From an uncultured candidate division Zixibacteria bacterium (GTDB lineage Bacteria; Zixibacteria; MSB-5A5; RBG-16-43-9): 64,000 bases of DNA. A program made the translations under genes and the position numbers. Location: the NCBI GenBank assembly GCA_963713865.1, contig OY970208.1, positions 1,952,001 to 2,016,000 on the forward strand, read 5' to 3'. Of the stretch, positions 48,135-58,791 are shown one piece after another (within the stretch, counting starts at the first letter, position 1; each line of letters opens with the position of its first letter). The notes under the pieces were generated by a model. It had not been told where the DNA came from. It ran no database searches and saw nothing but the letters and a program-made list of their open reading frames with translations.

Positions 48135-49898
48135 CTACTTTTCCCCTCTCCCGAATATAAAGAGGAGTTCTTCAATAGTCTCCTCAGTTTCATAAATATT
48201 ATCTCTTACTTGAAACCCGGCAGAAATTAGACTATGAAATAATTCCACAGTCTCTGGGGCTCGCATCCCTTCTTCTTTGAGCTTTTCAACCTGTTTAAAG
48301 AAATTAGTCTTGGGACCATCATATAGAACTTTACCTTGCTTTAAAAAGATAACCCTTTTAGCTAATGCTGCTACCAGATCTAAATTATGAGAGATTAGAA
48401 TTACGGTTACGCCTTTTCCCCTTAGCGCAAGCAGTATTTTCTTAACTCTATCTACTCCATCAAAATCTAATCCCGCCGTGGGCTCATCCAAAATTAAAAT
48501 CTCTGGTTCTAAAGCTAAGACCCCAGCTATAGCCACCCTTCTCTGCTCACCGCTGCTCAAGGAAAAAGGTGAGCGATAGGCAAAATTATCGAAATCCAAC
48601 CCCACCGTCTGAAGGGAGTTTTTTACTCTCAGGTCAACCACCCTATCATCCAAGCCAGAATTCTTTGGTCCAAAAGCAATATCTTCATAAACTGTTTCTT
48701 CAAAAAGTTGCCTTTCCGGAAACTGAAATACTAATCCAACTTTTCCCCTGATTCTTTTCAAGTATGTTTCCTTCTCTTTCAACTCTAAATCCTCAACCCG
48801 GACCTTGCCTGAAGTAGCAAACAATAAACCGTTGAAGTGTTGAGCCAGAGTGGTTTTACCGGAGCCAGTAGGTCCTACCAACCCGATAAATTCACCTTTC
48901 TCAATTTTCAGATTGATCTCTTTTAATGCTGTTTTCGGATTAGCGCTTTTGTAATTATACACATAATCTAATTTTTCAAACTCTATCTGAATATAACCTG
49001 AGACTTTAGGTTTGACCGTCTCGGTTAGATCTGTTTTCTTCTGTATAATGGGTAATGAATAGTTTACCCCTTCTAAGGAGAGCAGTTCCTGAATCAGCTC
49101 CTCCATCTTTGAGATTTCCCTCTTGAATCTGAACCCTTTTCCTTTAAGACCATTTGTTATCTCTATGCTTTTAGGCACAGATAATCCAATATTTTTAAGC
49201 TTCTCAGTCTCTTTGAATACTTCTTCAGGTGTGCCATCCAGAACAACTTTTCCCTTATCTAACACCAAAAGACGCTGAGCCAAAAGAGCTTCATCTGGAA
49301 ATTGAGTGATGTTAAGGATAGTAATCTTTCCTTCACCTGCCAGTTTTCTAATCAGTAGATTTAACATTTCCCTGCCTTCAGGATCGAGGAGTGAGGTCGG
49401 CTCATCCAAGATCAGATATTTTGGTCTCATCGCCAAGACCGCGGCAATTGCCACTCTTTGCTTCTCTCCACCTGAAAGCTTGTGGGGAGGAGAATTTTTA
49501 TACTCCCAGAGATGAAAAGCTGAAAGTGCCCACTCAACTTTCTCTCTAATCTCATCATAAGGTAGGTTTAAATTTTCCAATCCAAAAGCGATCTCTCTTT
49601 CTACTGAAGTAGTTATAATCTGATTATCCGGATTCTGAAAAACCATCCCTACTTTTTGACGAATTAATCTTAAATTCTTTTTATCTTCTGGATTAAGACT
49701 ATCTATCCTCACCTCGCCAGAGGAGGGTTTCAAAAGACCATTCAGTAATCGAGCCAAAGTGGTTTTACCTGAGCCATTAGGCCCGATTATAGAGACAAAC
49801 TCACCTTCTTTAAATTTAAGAGTTAACCCCTCCAGAACATTGATAATCTTTCCTTCAGGTAAGGAGTAATCAAAGGTAACTTGATTTAATTCAATCAT
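48135..49898 (-). CDS. Fused double ECF transporter ATPase (EcfA-EcfA')
   Basis: Two ABC domains: VFQNPDNQ / LSGGEKQR and VFQFPERQLF / SPFSLSSGEQRR. Confidence 0.88.
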   Translation of the reverse strand: MIELNQVTFDYSLPEGKIINVLEGLTLKFKEGEFVSIIGPNGSGKTTLARLLNGLLKPSSGEVRIDSLNPEDKKNLRLIRQKVGMVFQNPDNQIITTSVEREIAFGLENLNLPYDEIREKVEWALSAFHLWEYKNSPPHKLSGGEKQRVAIAAVLAMRPKYLILDEPTSLLDPEGREMLNLLIRKLAGEGKITILNITQFPDEALLAQRLLVLDKGKVVLDGTPEEVFKETEKLKNIGLSVPKSIEITNGLKGKGFRFKREISKMEELIQELLSLEGVNYSLPIIQKKTDLTETVKPKVSGYIQIEFEKLDYVYNYKSANPKTALKEINLKIEKGEFIGLVGPTGSGKTTLAQHFNGLLFATSGKVRVEDLELKEKETYLKRIRGKVGLVFQFPERQLFEETVYEDIAFGPKNSGLDDRVVDLRVKNSLQTVGLDFDNFAYRSPFSLSSGEQRRVAIAGVLALEPEILILDEPTAGLDFDGVDRVKKILLALRGKGVTVILISHNLDLVAALAKRVIFLKQGKVLYDGPKTNFFKQVEKLKEEGMRAPETVELFHSLISAGFQVRDNIYETEETIEELLFIFGRGEK

Positions 49899-49935
49899 AT
49901 TTTAAAAATACTGAAAAACATAATATATTTCAAAT

Positions 49936-49965
49936 AAAACCCGCCTAAGAGTGCAGGCGGGTTTT
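49936..49965. terminator. Intrinsic terminator after gcvPB
   Basis: aaaacccgcct-aagagtgc-aggcgggtttt. Confidence 0.75.
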
Positions 49966-50009
49966 GACCTTTTTATATTTCATCCACTTAGATGGATTAA
50001 ACTATTACT

Positions 50010-51470
50010 TTAACCTTTCCACCTTATTTCTAAGTCTTTAGCGGCTTTAATTTCATCTAACCGTGAAACCGGTGTGTTGTATGGTGCTCCTTTTACCAAC
50101 TCAGGATTTTCCTCAACCTCTTTAGCAATTTTTCTCATTACCTTAATAAACTCATCACAACTTTCCCGGCTTTCAGACTCAGTTGGCTCAATCATCAAAG
50201 CCTCAGATACGATCAATGGGAAATAAACCGTGGGTGCATGTAATCCATAATCCAGAATCCTCTTGGCTATATCTGCTGTTCTCACCCCTTTACTTTTCTG
50301 CTTAATACCAAACAATACAAATTCATGCATGCAGGGTCCGGGATAAGGAAGGTGATACAGCTCTTTCAAAGACTCCATTATATAATTGGCATTTAAAACC
50401 GCATTCTCTGAGATTTTTTTCAGCCCTTCTGCACCACAGGCTCGGATAAAAGCATAGGCTCTGATCATAATCCCGAAATTCCCATAAAATCCTTGCATCT
50501 TTCCGATTGAATCCGGTCTTTTATAATTCAACGAATAATTTTCTTTCCCCTTTTCATCAACTTTTTTCTCTATAACTGGAACTGGTAGAAAAGGCTCTAA
50601 GATTCTTTTAACTCCCAAAGGTCCTGCTCCAGGTCCTCCGCCCCCATGCGGGGTGGAAAAAGTTTTGTGCAGGTTGAAATGGACTATATCAAAACCCATA
50701 TCACCCGGACGAACTATACCTAAAAGAGCATTCAGATTTGCACCATCCATATATAAAAGTGCTCCTGCATTATGGACTGCTTTGGAGATCTCTTCTATCT
50801 GGGATTCAAAAAGTCCTAAAGTATTAGGAGTGGTAAGCATAAAGCAGGCTACCTCTTCATCCAGAGCTTTTTTTAACTCATCTAAATCCACTAATCCCTT
50901 TTGGTTCGATTTGACCTGAACGACCTGATAGCCGGTTATGGTGACAGAAGCCGGGTTTGTGCCGTGAGCAGAATCTGGAATGATTATCTTTGACCTGGGA
51001 TTTCCGTTTTTGGCATGATAGGCTCGGGTTATCAAAAGACCGGTCAGCTCTCCCTGAGCTCCAGCCGCAGGCTGAAGGGTTACTGCATCAACTCCACCGA
51101 TCTCCTCTAAATATTCACCTAATTCATACATCAACTTTAAAGCACCCTGAACTGTCTCCTCCGGTTGATAGGGATGGATTGAGGAAAAGCCCGACAGACG
51201 TGCCAGATCTTCATTGATTTTGGGACTGTATTTCATTGTGCAGGAGCCTAAGGGGTAAAAGCTTTTATCCACGTGATGATTTAAAATAGAAAGAGCGATG
51301 AAATGACGTACTACATCTACCTGACTCACCTCCGGTATTCGTAACTCTTTCTGCCTTAAGTTGTCCTGAGATATAAGCTCCTCTATTTTTTTTGGTGGTA
51401 TATCTAATTCTGGTAGATCACACCCGCTTCTCCCTTTTGAGCTCAGTTCAAAAATCAGTTTTTGACCCAT
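50010..51470 (-). CDS. gcvPB: Glycine dehydrogenase subunit 2
   Basis: [42 protein letters not shown]. Confidence 0.97.
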   Translation of the reverse strand: MGQKLIFELSSKGRSGCDLPELDIPPKKIEELISQDNLRQKELRIPEVSQVDVVRHFIALSILNHHVDKSFYPLGSCTMKYSPKINEDLARLSGFSSIHPYQPEETVQGALKLMYELGEYLEEIGGVDAVTLQPAAGAQGELTGLLITRAYHAKNGNPRSKIIIPDSAHGTNPASVTITGYQVVQVKSNQKGLVDLDELKKALDEEVACFMLTTPNTLGLFESQIEEISKAVHNAGALLYMDGANLNALLGIVRPGDMGFDIVHFNLHKTFSTPHGGGGPGAGPLGVKRILEPFLPVPVIEKKVDEKGKENYSLNYKRPDSIGKMQGFYGNFGIMIRAYAFIRACGAEGLKKISENAVLNANYIMESLKELYHLPYPGPCMHEFVLFGIKQKSKGVRTADIAKRILDYGLHAPTVYFPLIVSEALMIEPTESESRESCDEFIKVMRKIAKEVEENPELVKGAPYNTPVSRLDEIKAAKDLEIRWKG

Positions 51471-51535
51471 CCAAAACTCCTTAATATTTTAAAGTATGTA
51501 AAACTACCTTCCTGCATTTAGTTCTCGAAATATTT

Positions 51536-52414
51536 TTACTCCTGGGCTTCTTTTTTCCCTTCTAACTTTTTTATCATCTTCTCCACCCAATCTTTTTCTC
51601 CTGATTCTAAATCCGGATGATCTTTTAAGATATTTTTAAATAAAGTAATGGCTTTGACTGTATCACCCATAGTTGCATAAGTATAGGGAATATACTCCTC
51701 AGCTTCTAAACTCACCTCACTCCGGGGATATTGTTTAAGGATTTCTTGAAATTTCTCAATGGCTTTAGGATAATTTCTCAGTTTCCTGTATATAAACGCC
51801 ATATTCAAAAGTGCTTCTGAGGTTTTTTTGGTTTGGTCTTTTGGATCTAAGAAGACAACCTTATTGAAATTTAACAGAGCTTCATCGAATCTTCTACGCT
51901 CCTGATACTTCTCCCCCACTTTGAACCAGAGCTCTAAATCGGTGGTATCTTTTTTTAACTTGTTTTCTAAATCAGACAGGGTCCCTTCACCCTTAATGTA
52001 CTCTTTAATTTTTTGCATAAAATCAGGAGCATTGGCATATCCTACAACTCGGTCGATCTCCTCACCTGAAGGATTGGTAAGGATGACGGTGGGATAACCA
52101 TTTACCTTAAATCTTTCAGCCAAAGCTGTATCCTTTTCCGCATTGGTTTTGAAGAAAACAAAATCCATAGAGAAGCGTATTAAACTGGTATCAGTGAAGG
52201 TAGAATCAGCCAGCTTTTTACACCACTTACACCAGTCGGTATAAAAATCTACAACCATATTTTTGTTCTCAGACTTAGCAATCTGAGAAGCCTCTTCAAA
52301 ATTAGCCACCCAGTTAATCGATTTAGGGATAACCTTCCCGCAGGCGAAAAAATAAAAAGATATGAAAAAAACTACTAACAGAATAAACCAGTGAGAATCT
52401 TTTCTTTTTTCCAT
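51536..52414 (-). CDS. Thioredoxin-fold plus TPR lipoprotein
   Basis: Lipobox FFAC; DFYTDWCKWCK; GYPT; TPR repeats. Confidence 0.85.
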   Translation of the reverse strand: MEKRKDSHWFILLVVFFISFYFFACGKVIPKSINWVANFEEASQIAKSENKNMVVDFYTDWCKWCKKLADSTFTDTSLIRFSMDFVFFKTNAEKDTALAERFKVNGYPTVILTNPSGEEIDRVVGYANAPDFMQKIKEYIKGEGTLSDLENKLKKDTTDLELWFKVGEKYQERRRFDEALLNFNKVVFLDPKDQTKKTSEALLNMAFIYRKLRNYPKAIEKFQEILKQYPRSEVSLEAEEYIPYTYATMGDTVKAITLFKNILKDHPDLESGEKDWVEKMIKKLEGKKEAQE

Positions 52415-52435
52415 ACCACCTCTCCTTTAGTAAAG

Positions 52436-52774
52436 TTATAGGTTTCCTACAGTTTGCTCTTTAATAGCTAAGCTCTCCTCATATTTATCCTCCGGCACAT
52501 ACAACCTAAATCCGGGTTGGTCTTTTACCACATATCCCAACCCGCCTTCTAAAAAACTTCCCGTATAGCGAAGAAAACAGGGAATATTGCTGTCCGCCAA
52601 GGTTTCCTTTAAAAACTCAGCCAAAACCCGATTTGGAGTAACATAGAGCAGGACCAGGTTCTTCTCTTCTTCCTCTTGCTCTTCGGGTAACTCCTCAATT
52701 AAATCGGCTTCACACTCCGGGCATCTTTTTGCGCCAGCCGGATATTCGGAATTACATAACGGACAGAACGGCAT
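52436..52774 (-). CDS. Zinc ribbon plus DUF2007-like protein
   Basis: CPLC..EY...CPEC; L...IPC; LYVPE. Confidence 0.78.
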   Translation of the reverse strand: MPFCPLCNSEYPAGAKRCPECEADLIEELPEEQEEEEKNLVLLYVTPNRVLAEFLKETLADSNIPCFLRYTGSFLEGGLGYVVKDQPGFRLYVPEDKYEESLAIKEQTVGNL

Positions 52775-52809
52775 AGACTTATTTTTAGTTGGAAGTTTTT
52801 ATTACTTTT

Positions 52810-53175
52810 CTATTGTAAATCATCCACTAATAGCTCTTTTATCTTCAAGCTTTTTTCAAAGTCTTCTTCTCTTACATAAATTTTAATATCTGTGACAGGA
52901 TGTCGGGTTAAAGCTCCGGCTCTAAGATTCAAACCAGATTCACTGCGAACCAAACAGGGAATCTCATTTTTTTCCAAAGTCTCTGACAAGAAATTAGCAT
53001 AAACCATATTCTTAGTAATATACAGAAGTTTGAGTTTTGGTTCAGTTATAACCTTTTCTCTTACAACCTCTTTTTCCCTGACTGATTTCAGTTCTACAAC
53101 CAACTTCTCTCCGCAGTCTGGACAAGTGTTAATCCCAGGTTTATATTCAAATCCACATTTAGGACAATAGGACAT
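52810..53175 (-). CDS. Zinc ribbon plus DUF2007-like protein (paralog)
   Basis: CPKC..EY...CPDC; LEKNEIPC; IYVRE. Confidence 0.78.
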   Translation of the reverse strand: MSYCPKCGFEYKPGINTCPDCGEKLVVELKSVREKEVVREKVITEPKLKLLYITKNMVYANFLSETLEKNEIPCLVRSESGLNLRAGALTRHPVTDIKIYVREEDFEKSLKIKELLVDDLQ

Positions 53176-53176
53176 T

Positions 53177-54526
53177 CTATCCTCTTTTGACCAAACCCTT
53201 AAGATTCTCTACAAAATCATCTATCTCCTCTTTGGTCCTCTTTTCAGTGATAGATACCAGAAGACTGTTCTTAACCTTCCTATCGAACCGGGAGAGATCG
53301 ATTCCCGCCAGGATATTCTTCTTCAGGAAGAGCTTGATTACTCTACCTGCCGGGATGGGTGTTTCCACTACCAACTCCTTGAAGAATGGCGCTGAGTATC
53401 TAAGTCTGAAACCATCTATTTGAGCTATCTTTTCAGCTGCATAATGGCTTTTCTGCAGACACAACTCTGCTACTTTTCTTAACCCATTTTTGCCCAAAAG
53501 GGAGAGATAAACTGTAGCTGCCAAAGCACACAAAGCTTCATTCGTGCAGATATTAGAGGTAGCTTTTTCACGACGGATATGCTGTTCTCTGGTCTGCAAC
53601 ACTAAAACAAACCCTCTTCTACCTTTCGAATCTACGGTTGCTCCGACAAGCCTTCCGGGCATTCGACGGATAAGGTTTTGTTTACAGGCAAAAAACCCTA
53701 AGAACGGTCCTCCGAAATTGAGGCTGTTTCCTAAAGGTTGACCTTCGCCCACTGCAATGTCTGCTCCATACTCTCCCGGAGTTTTCAGAATGGCTAAAGA
53801 GATGGGGTCACAAACCATAATCAACAAAGCTCCAGCTGAATGCACTTTTTTCTCAATCTCCTCTACCTTTTCTAAAAGTCCGAAGAAATTAGGAGATTGC
53901 AGGATGAAACTGGCAGTCTTTGAAGAAAGTTTTTTATCCAGAAGCTCCAGATCAGTAACTCCATCTTTCGGTTCGAGCTTCCGTATTTTCATCCCTCCTC
54001 TCTCACAATAGGTACAGAGAACCTTATAGTAGGTTGGATTAAGAGAGCCTGAAACCAGAATCTCTTTTCTGCCAGTTTCGGCTAAGGATAAAAGACCTGC
54101 CTCAGCCACTGTCGATGCCCCGTCATACATTGAAGCATTTGAAACCTCCATCTCAGTAAGCTGACAGAGCATAGATTGGTATTCATAGATGCTCTGTAAA
54201 GTCCCCTGACTCACTTCTGGCTGATATGGAGTATAGGCCGTATAAAATTCTGAACGTAAAAGAATATGATTTACCACGCTGGGAATGAAATGGTCATAAG
54301 CTCCACCGCCTAAGAAACTAATCAGTCCATCTGTGTTCTTATTTTCCTCTGATATCCCGGTCAGTAAATTATTAAGTTCCAATTCCGAGAGTCCTTTGGG
54401 AAGCTTGAGTTCATCTTTTAACCTCAGGGATTCGGGAATAGGATTAATTAGATCTTTAAATCCGCCAACTCCTATCCTCTCCAGCATTTTTTTCTGATCA
54501 TCCTCAGTATTAGGAATATAGCTCAT
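53177..54526 (-). CDS. gcvPA: Glycine dehydrogenase subunit 1
   Basis: TAYTPYQPEVSQG, NASMYDG, REQHIRREKATSNICTN. Confidence 0.97.
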   Translation of the reverse strand: MSYIPNTEDDQKKMLERIGVGGFKDLINPIPESLRLKDELKLPKGLSELELNNLLTGISEENKNTDGLISFLGGGAYDHFIPSVVNHILLRSEFYTAYTPYQPEVSQGTLQSIYEYQSMLCQLTEMEVSNASMYDGASTVAEAGLLSLAETGRKEILVSGSLNPTYYKVLCTYCERGGMKIRKLEPKDGVTDLELLDKKLSSKTASFILQSPNFFGLLEKVEEIEKKVHSAGALLIMVCDPISLAILKTPGEYGADIAVGEGQPLGNSLNFGGPFLGFFACKQNLIRRMPGRLVGATVDSKGRRGFVLVLQTREQHIRREKATSNICTNEALCALAATVYLSLLGKNGLRKVAELCLQKSHYAAEKIAQIDGFRLRYSAPFFKELVVETPIPAGRVIKLFLKKNILAGIDLSRFDRKVKNSLLVSITEKRTKEEIDDFVENLKGLVKRG

Positions 54527-54577
54527 AAACTCTCTTTTTTTAAAATCAATAGTCTAATTTATCTTCAAAAATATTCT

Positions 54578-54961
54578 CTATTTTTGTTCAAGCATCTTTT
54601 TATAATCTTCTGCCGAAAGAAGATTATCTAGCTCCTTGGGGTTTTTAACCTTTATCTTTATAATCCATCCCTCTGCGTAAGGGTCTTTATTGATCAGTCC
54701 TGCTTCCGCTTCAAGCTTAGAATTGACTTCGATTACTTCACCCGTTACCGGGGAGAAAAGCTCTGATACAGCTTTGACTGCCTCTATCACCCCAAAAGGT
54801 TTCATCTGCTCAACCTTGGTCCCTACTTTGGGTAATTCCACAAAGACAATATCCCCTAACTCCCCCTGGGCATAATCGTCGACCCCCACAGTTGCTATAT
54901 CCTTCTCCAGTTTCACCCACTCATGCTCTTTGGTATATCTCAAATCATCTTTTATAATCAC
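54578..54961 (-). CDS. gcvH: Glycine cleavage system H protein
   Basis: YTKEHEW, LGDIVFVELP, lipoyl EAVKA. Confidence 0.97.
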   Translation of the reverse strand: MIIKDDLRYTKEHEWVKLEKDIATVGVDDYAQGELGDIVFVELPKVGTKVEQMKPFGVIEAVKAVSELFSPVTGEVIEVNSKLEAEAGLINKDPYAEGWIIKIKVKNPKELDNLLSAEDYKKMLEQK

Positions 54962-54980
54962 TTTACCTCCTTTGAATTAT

Positions 54981-56348
54981 TCAAGTGGATACTTTTTCTT
55001 TTGAAGTTTCTTTAAACAGGTTTTCTACGAATGAAGTATCATATTCACCGCTTATGAAATTGGGATTGGAAAAAACGGTTTTATAAAATGTTATCGTCGT
55101 CTGTATACCTTCGATGATGAACTCATCTAAGGCTCTTCTCATTTTGAGAATAGCCTCCTCCCTGGTATCGCCACAGGAGATCAATTTTGCCACCAGGGAG
55201 TCATAAAAAGACGGGATCTCATATCCAGCATAAGCGTGAGTATCTACCCTGATCCCGTGTCCACCCGGGACATGAAAGCTTTTAATCAAACCTGGATTGG
55301 GCCTGAAATCCTTCTCCGGATCTTCGGCATTGATCCGGCATTCGATCGCATGTCCTCTCAGGACAATCTCTTCTTGAGTGCGAGAAAGTTTTTCTCCAGC
55401 TGCAATTTTTATTTGTTCTTTTAAAAGGTCTATCCCTGTAACCTCCTCTGTAACCGGGTGCTCAACCTGAATTCGGGTATTCATTTCCATAAAATAGAAA
55501 TTACCATTTTTGTCTAAAAGAAACTCTATCGTACCCACGCTCTCATAGCTTATCCGGGATGCACCTAATACTGCTGCACTACCCATCTTTTCTCGGAGCG
55601 ATGGGGTTAGAGCTGTAGAGGGTGATTCTTCTATTAATTTCTGATGCCTTCTCTGGATAGTGCAATCTCTTTCACCTAAATGGATCAGATTCCCGTAACT
55701 ATCTCCTAATATCTGAAACTCAATATGACGTGGATTTAAAACCAGCTTTTCAATATAAACTTCAGGATTGCCAAAAGCCGCTTCCGCCTCCATCTGAGCC
55801 ATCTCAAAATTTTTCTTAAGTTCCTCTTCGTCTTTAGCTACCCTCATCCCTTTACCCCCTCCTCCTCCAGAAGCTTTGATCAAGACCGGGAATCCTATTT
55901 CGATTGATACTCTCCGAGCCTCTTCCAGGTCTTTAATAACGCCCTCGCTTCCCGGAATGACCGGCACTCCAGCTTCCCTCATTTTCTGCTTTGCTACAGC
56001 TTTATCACCCATAAGTCTGATCATTTTAGAAGTAGGCCCTATGAATTTTATTTTGCAGGACTCACAGATTTCAGCAAAATCCGCATTTTCAGCCAAGAAA
56101 CCATATCCCGGATGGATAGCTTCTGTATTGGTGACCTCAGCCGCACTGATAATTCTTTTAGGATCCAGATAGGTTTCCGTTGCTTTAGCCGGACCGATGC
56201 AGACATCTTCATCCGCAAATCTAACATGTAGAGAGTTACTATCTGCCTCAGAATGAACCGCTACCGTGGCAATCCCTAACTCTTTACATGCCCGGATAAT
56301 CCTTAAGGCTATCTCACCACGATTTGCTATCAATATTTTTTTAAACAA
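54981..56348 (-). CDS. accC: Acetyl-CoA carboxylase biotin carboxylase
   Basis: [35 protein letters not shown]. Confidence 0.97.
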   Translation of the reverse strand: MFKKILIANRGEIALRIIRACKELGIATVAVHSEADSNSLHVRFADEDVCIGPAKATETYLDPKRIISAAEVTNTEAIHPGYGFLAENADFAEICESCKIKFIGPTSKMIRLMGDKAVAKQKMREAGVPVIPGSEGVIKDLEEARRVSIEIGFPVLIKASGGGGGKGMRVAKDEEELKKNFEMAQMEAEAAFGNPEVYIEKLVLNPRHIEFQILGDSYGNLIHLGERDCTIQRRHQKLIEESPSTALTPSLREKMGSAAVLGASRISYESVGTIEFLLDKNGNFYFMEMNTRIQVEHPVTEEVTGIDLLKEQIKIAAGEKLSRTQEEIVLRGHAIECRINAEDPEKDFRPNPGLIKSFHVPGGHGIRVDTHAYAGYEIPSFYDSLVAKLISCGDTREEAILKMRRALDEFIIEGIQTTITFYKTVFSNPNFISGEYDTSFVENLFKETSKEKVST

Positions 56349-56520
56349 ATTAATTCCTCTCTAAACATCCATCTTACTTAATCATTAGATTAAAATTTAT
56401 CTTTTTTTAAGAAGAATAGCAAGAAAAATATTTACTTTTATTTTTAGATCAAACCTGTCATGGCAAGCTTTATCAACACCGATGGTGAGATTGTTGAAAA
56501 GCAGTTTTCGGAGTAATTCT

Positions 56521-56651
56521 GGTGTGTAAACCCTTGAGGTTTACCTGAATAAATCATTCATTTGTTTAAACGTAAAGCTCTAGTCTCAAGCCCTTGAGGC
56601 TTTACACTCCAAAAACTATAAATAAAGAAGCTCTGAGAAAGTCTCAGAGCT
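56521..56651. repeat. REP-like palindromes and hairpin after pilT
   Basis: gtaaacc..ggtttac; ctcaagcccttgag...tttacactcc; agctctgaga..tctcagagct. Confidence 0.55.
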
Positions 56652-56682
56652 TAAATATTAATATTAATTTTAGTTTTCTGAA

Positions 56683-57801
56683 CTACTTCCTTTTCTTTGC
56701 TTGTTCGAATTCGGTCCAGCCTCTATCTGCAGCTCCGGTTATTCCCTTAACCCTCAACTCGAAATCATCTGGATTGGTACACTGCTGCATAGCCTCATCA
56801 TAAGAGATAAACCCATCTTTATAAAGCTGCATAATCGACTGGTCGAAAGATTGCATCCCATACTGAATATTACCGCTTTCGATCAGCTCGATTATCAGAG
56901 GTGTTTTCATGGGATCGATAATATATTCCCTGACCGAGGAGGTTGAAACTAACACTTCAACTGCTGGTATTCTTCCAGGTCCGTCCGCGCGGGGAAGTAA
57001 TCTCTGGCAGACTACCGCTTTAAGAGTGGCAGCTAAAAGCAATCTGATCTGCTGGTGCTGATGTGGAGGGAAAAAAGAGATAATCCGGTTTATAGTCTCG
57101 ATGGCATTTAAGGTATGCAGGGTGGTTAATACTAAATGGCCGGTATCAGCCGCAGTCAAAGCAATGGACATTGATTCGTAATCCCTGATTTCTCCAATCA
57201 GGATCACATCCGGATCCTGACGAAGAGCATGCCTTAAGGCAGTTATAAAACTCTCTGTATCTCCTCCTACCTCTCTCTGGCAGATTATACTCCTGCGATC
57301 TTTATGAATATATTCGATCGGATCTTCGACTGTAAGGATATTCTCTGCCCGGGAAGAATTTATATGCTCGATCATAGCTGCCAGGGTAGTTGATTTGCCA
57401 CTTCCAGTTGTCCCGGTAAGGATTATTATCCCTCTGCGGTTATTAGCCAAATCCTTTAAACCTTTAGGCAGATTCAGCTCTTCGAAGGAAGGGACCAGAG
57501 TATGAACCGCTCGGAGGGCAACCCCCACTGTCCCCCTCTGCCGGTAGAAGTTAATCCTGAACCTTCCCATCTTAGAGATACTCAGGGCCAGGTCCAGCTC
57601 ATTCTTTTTAAGGAACCTCTCCTTCTGTTCTTCAGTCAGAATCTGACTCATTGTCTCATCCATATCTGCCTGGGTCAGATTCTCACATTCTAAAGACAAA
57701 AGAGCCCCATCTACCCTTATAGTAGGTTTTACCCCTACCCTGAGATGTAGGTCAGAGGCTTTCCTTGCCAGGACCTCTGCGAGCATCTGTTTTAAGTTCA
57801 T
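56683..57801 (-). CDS. pilT: PilT/PilU-family type IV pilus retraction ATPase (start uncertain)
   Basis: ASDLHL, GTTGSGKSTT, EDPIEY, LRQDPDVILIGEIRD, TGHLV.TTLH, GMQSFDQ; lacks canonical AIRNLIRE. Confidence 0.88.
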   Translation of the reverse strand: MNLKQMLAEVLARKASDLHLRVGVKPTIRVDGALLSLECENLTQADMDETMSQILTEEQKERFLKKNELDLALSISKMGRFRINFYRQRGTVGVALRAVHTLVPSFEELNLPKGLKDLANNRRGIIILTGTTGSGKSTTLAAMIEHINSSRAENILTVEDPIEYIHKDRRSIICQREVGGDTESFITALRHALRQDPDVILIGEIRDYESMSIALTAADTGHLVLTTLHTLNAIETINRIISFFPPHQHQQIRLLLAATLKAVVCQRLLPRADGPGRIPAVEVLVSTSSVREYIIDPMKTPLIIELIESGNIQYGMQSFDQSIMQLYKDGFISYDEAMQQCTNPDDFELRVKGITGAADRGWTEFEQAKKRK

Positions 57802-58046
57802 CTTTATCTTAACCTCCCTGATCATAAATCTTCTTCTCTTTCTATTTTCGGCTGAAATAATAAACACCTTAATACCTTTTAATTGGTTCTCTTGAGAAAA
57901 AATCTAACTGGAAAGAGAGTGGTCAGGCAAGGGTATCCGACTTACGATGAATAACAACTTTTCTCTTCTGGGCATCCGCCAGAGGTGGACCAACCCTGCA
58001 AAACGACTTCCTCAAAGATTTCTGGTAAAATACCTTGAAATGAAAA

Positions 58047-58175
58047 GGTGTCAGGAGGTAACTCCTGACACCACGAGAATAGTTTTTAGGTAACATTGGA
58101 GAGTAAAGCTTTAGCTTTACTCTAACTCCTTGATGCCAGAGATTTTTTTGGTAAGCCTAAAGACTTACACTCCAG
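58047..58175. repeat. REP-like palindromes between accB and pilT
   Basis: ggtgtcaggag..ctcctgacacc; gagtaaagct..agctttactc; gtaagc..gacttacactcc. Confidence 0.6.
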
Positions 58176-58192
58176 TGGTTATTTCATTTTTT

Positions 58193-58675
58193 TTATAAAG
58201 GCTCAATTAAAAAAAGAGTCTGACCGAATTCAACTGGTTTTGCATTCTCCACCAAAATCTTAACCAATCTCCCGGCAACTTCCGCTTCGATCTCGTTCAT
58301 CAGCTTCATCGCCTCTACAATACAGACCACCTGTCCCGCGCTTATTATCTGACCTACATCTACATAAGGCTTTGCCCCGGGTGCCGGTGCTCGATAGAAA
58401 GTTCCCACCATCGGTGATTTGATAGGCACTAAGTTACCTTCTACCCCTTCGGGCTTAGAGATTTCTACTGATACCGCTACCGGTTTTTCCTTAGAAGGTG
58501 TAACCGCGACCTTCTCCGGAGCCGGGTTCACTATCAGATGGGAAGAACTATGTGGATTCTGATGGTTTAACCTTCGAGTGATTTTGATTCTCCTTCCCCA
58601 GCTGGTTACTTCTAATTCATCTATGTTGCTTTCCTCGACGATCTTTATCAATTTTCTAATTTTAGATTCTAACAT
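58193..58675 (-). CDS. accB: Biotin carboxyl carrier protein
   Basis: SPMVGTFY, EAMKLMNEI. Confidence 0.96.
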   Translation of the reverse strand: MLESKIRKLIKIVEESNIDELEVTSWGRRIKITRRLNHQNPHSSSHLIVNPAPEKVAVTPSKEKPVAVSVEISKPEGVEGNLVPIKSPMVGTFYRAPAPGAKPYVDVGQIISAGQVVCIVEAMKLMNEIEAEVAGRLVKILVENAKPVEFGQTLFLIEPL

Positions 58676-58791
58676 CTTTACCCCTTTCTCCAAGGGTTAA
58701 ACTGAATGTTTTGCTAAATCTAGTTTTATTGTGTGAAAATTACCCCCTTTTAAATATTTTCGGAAATCCCTCCTCCAGATATTAACTATTT

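Noticed and set aside
54962-54980. Glycine riboswitch before the gcv genes
   Set aside because: Only 19 nt between accC and gcvH, too short for an aptamer.
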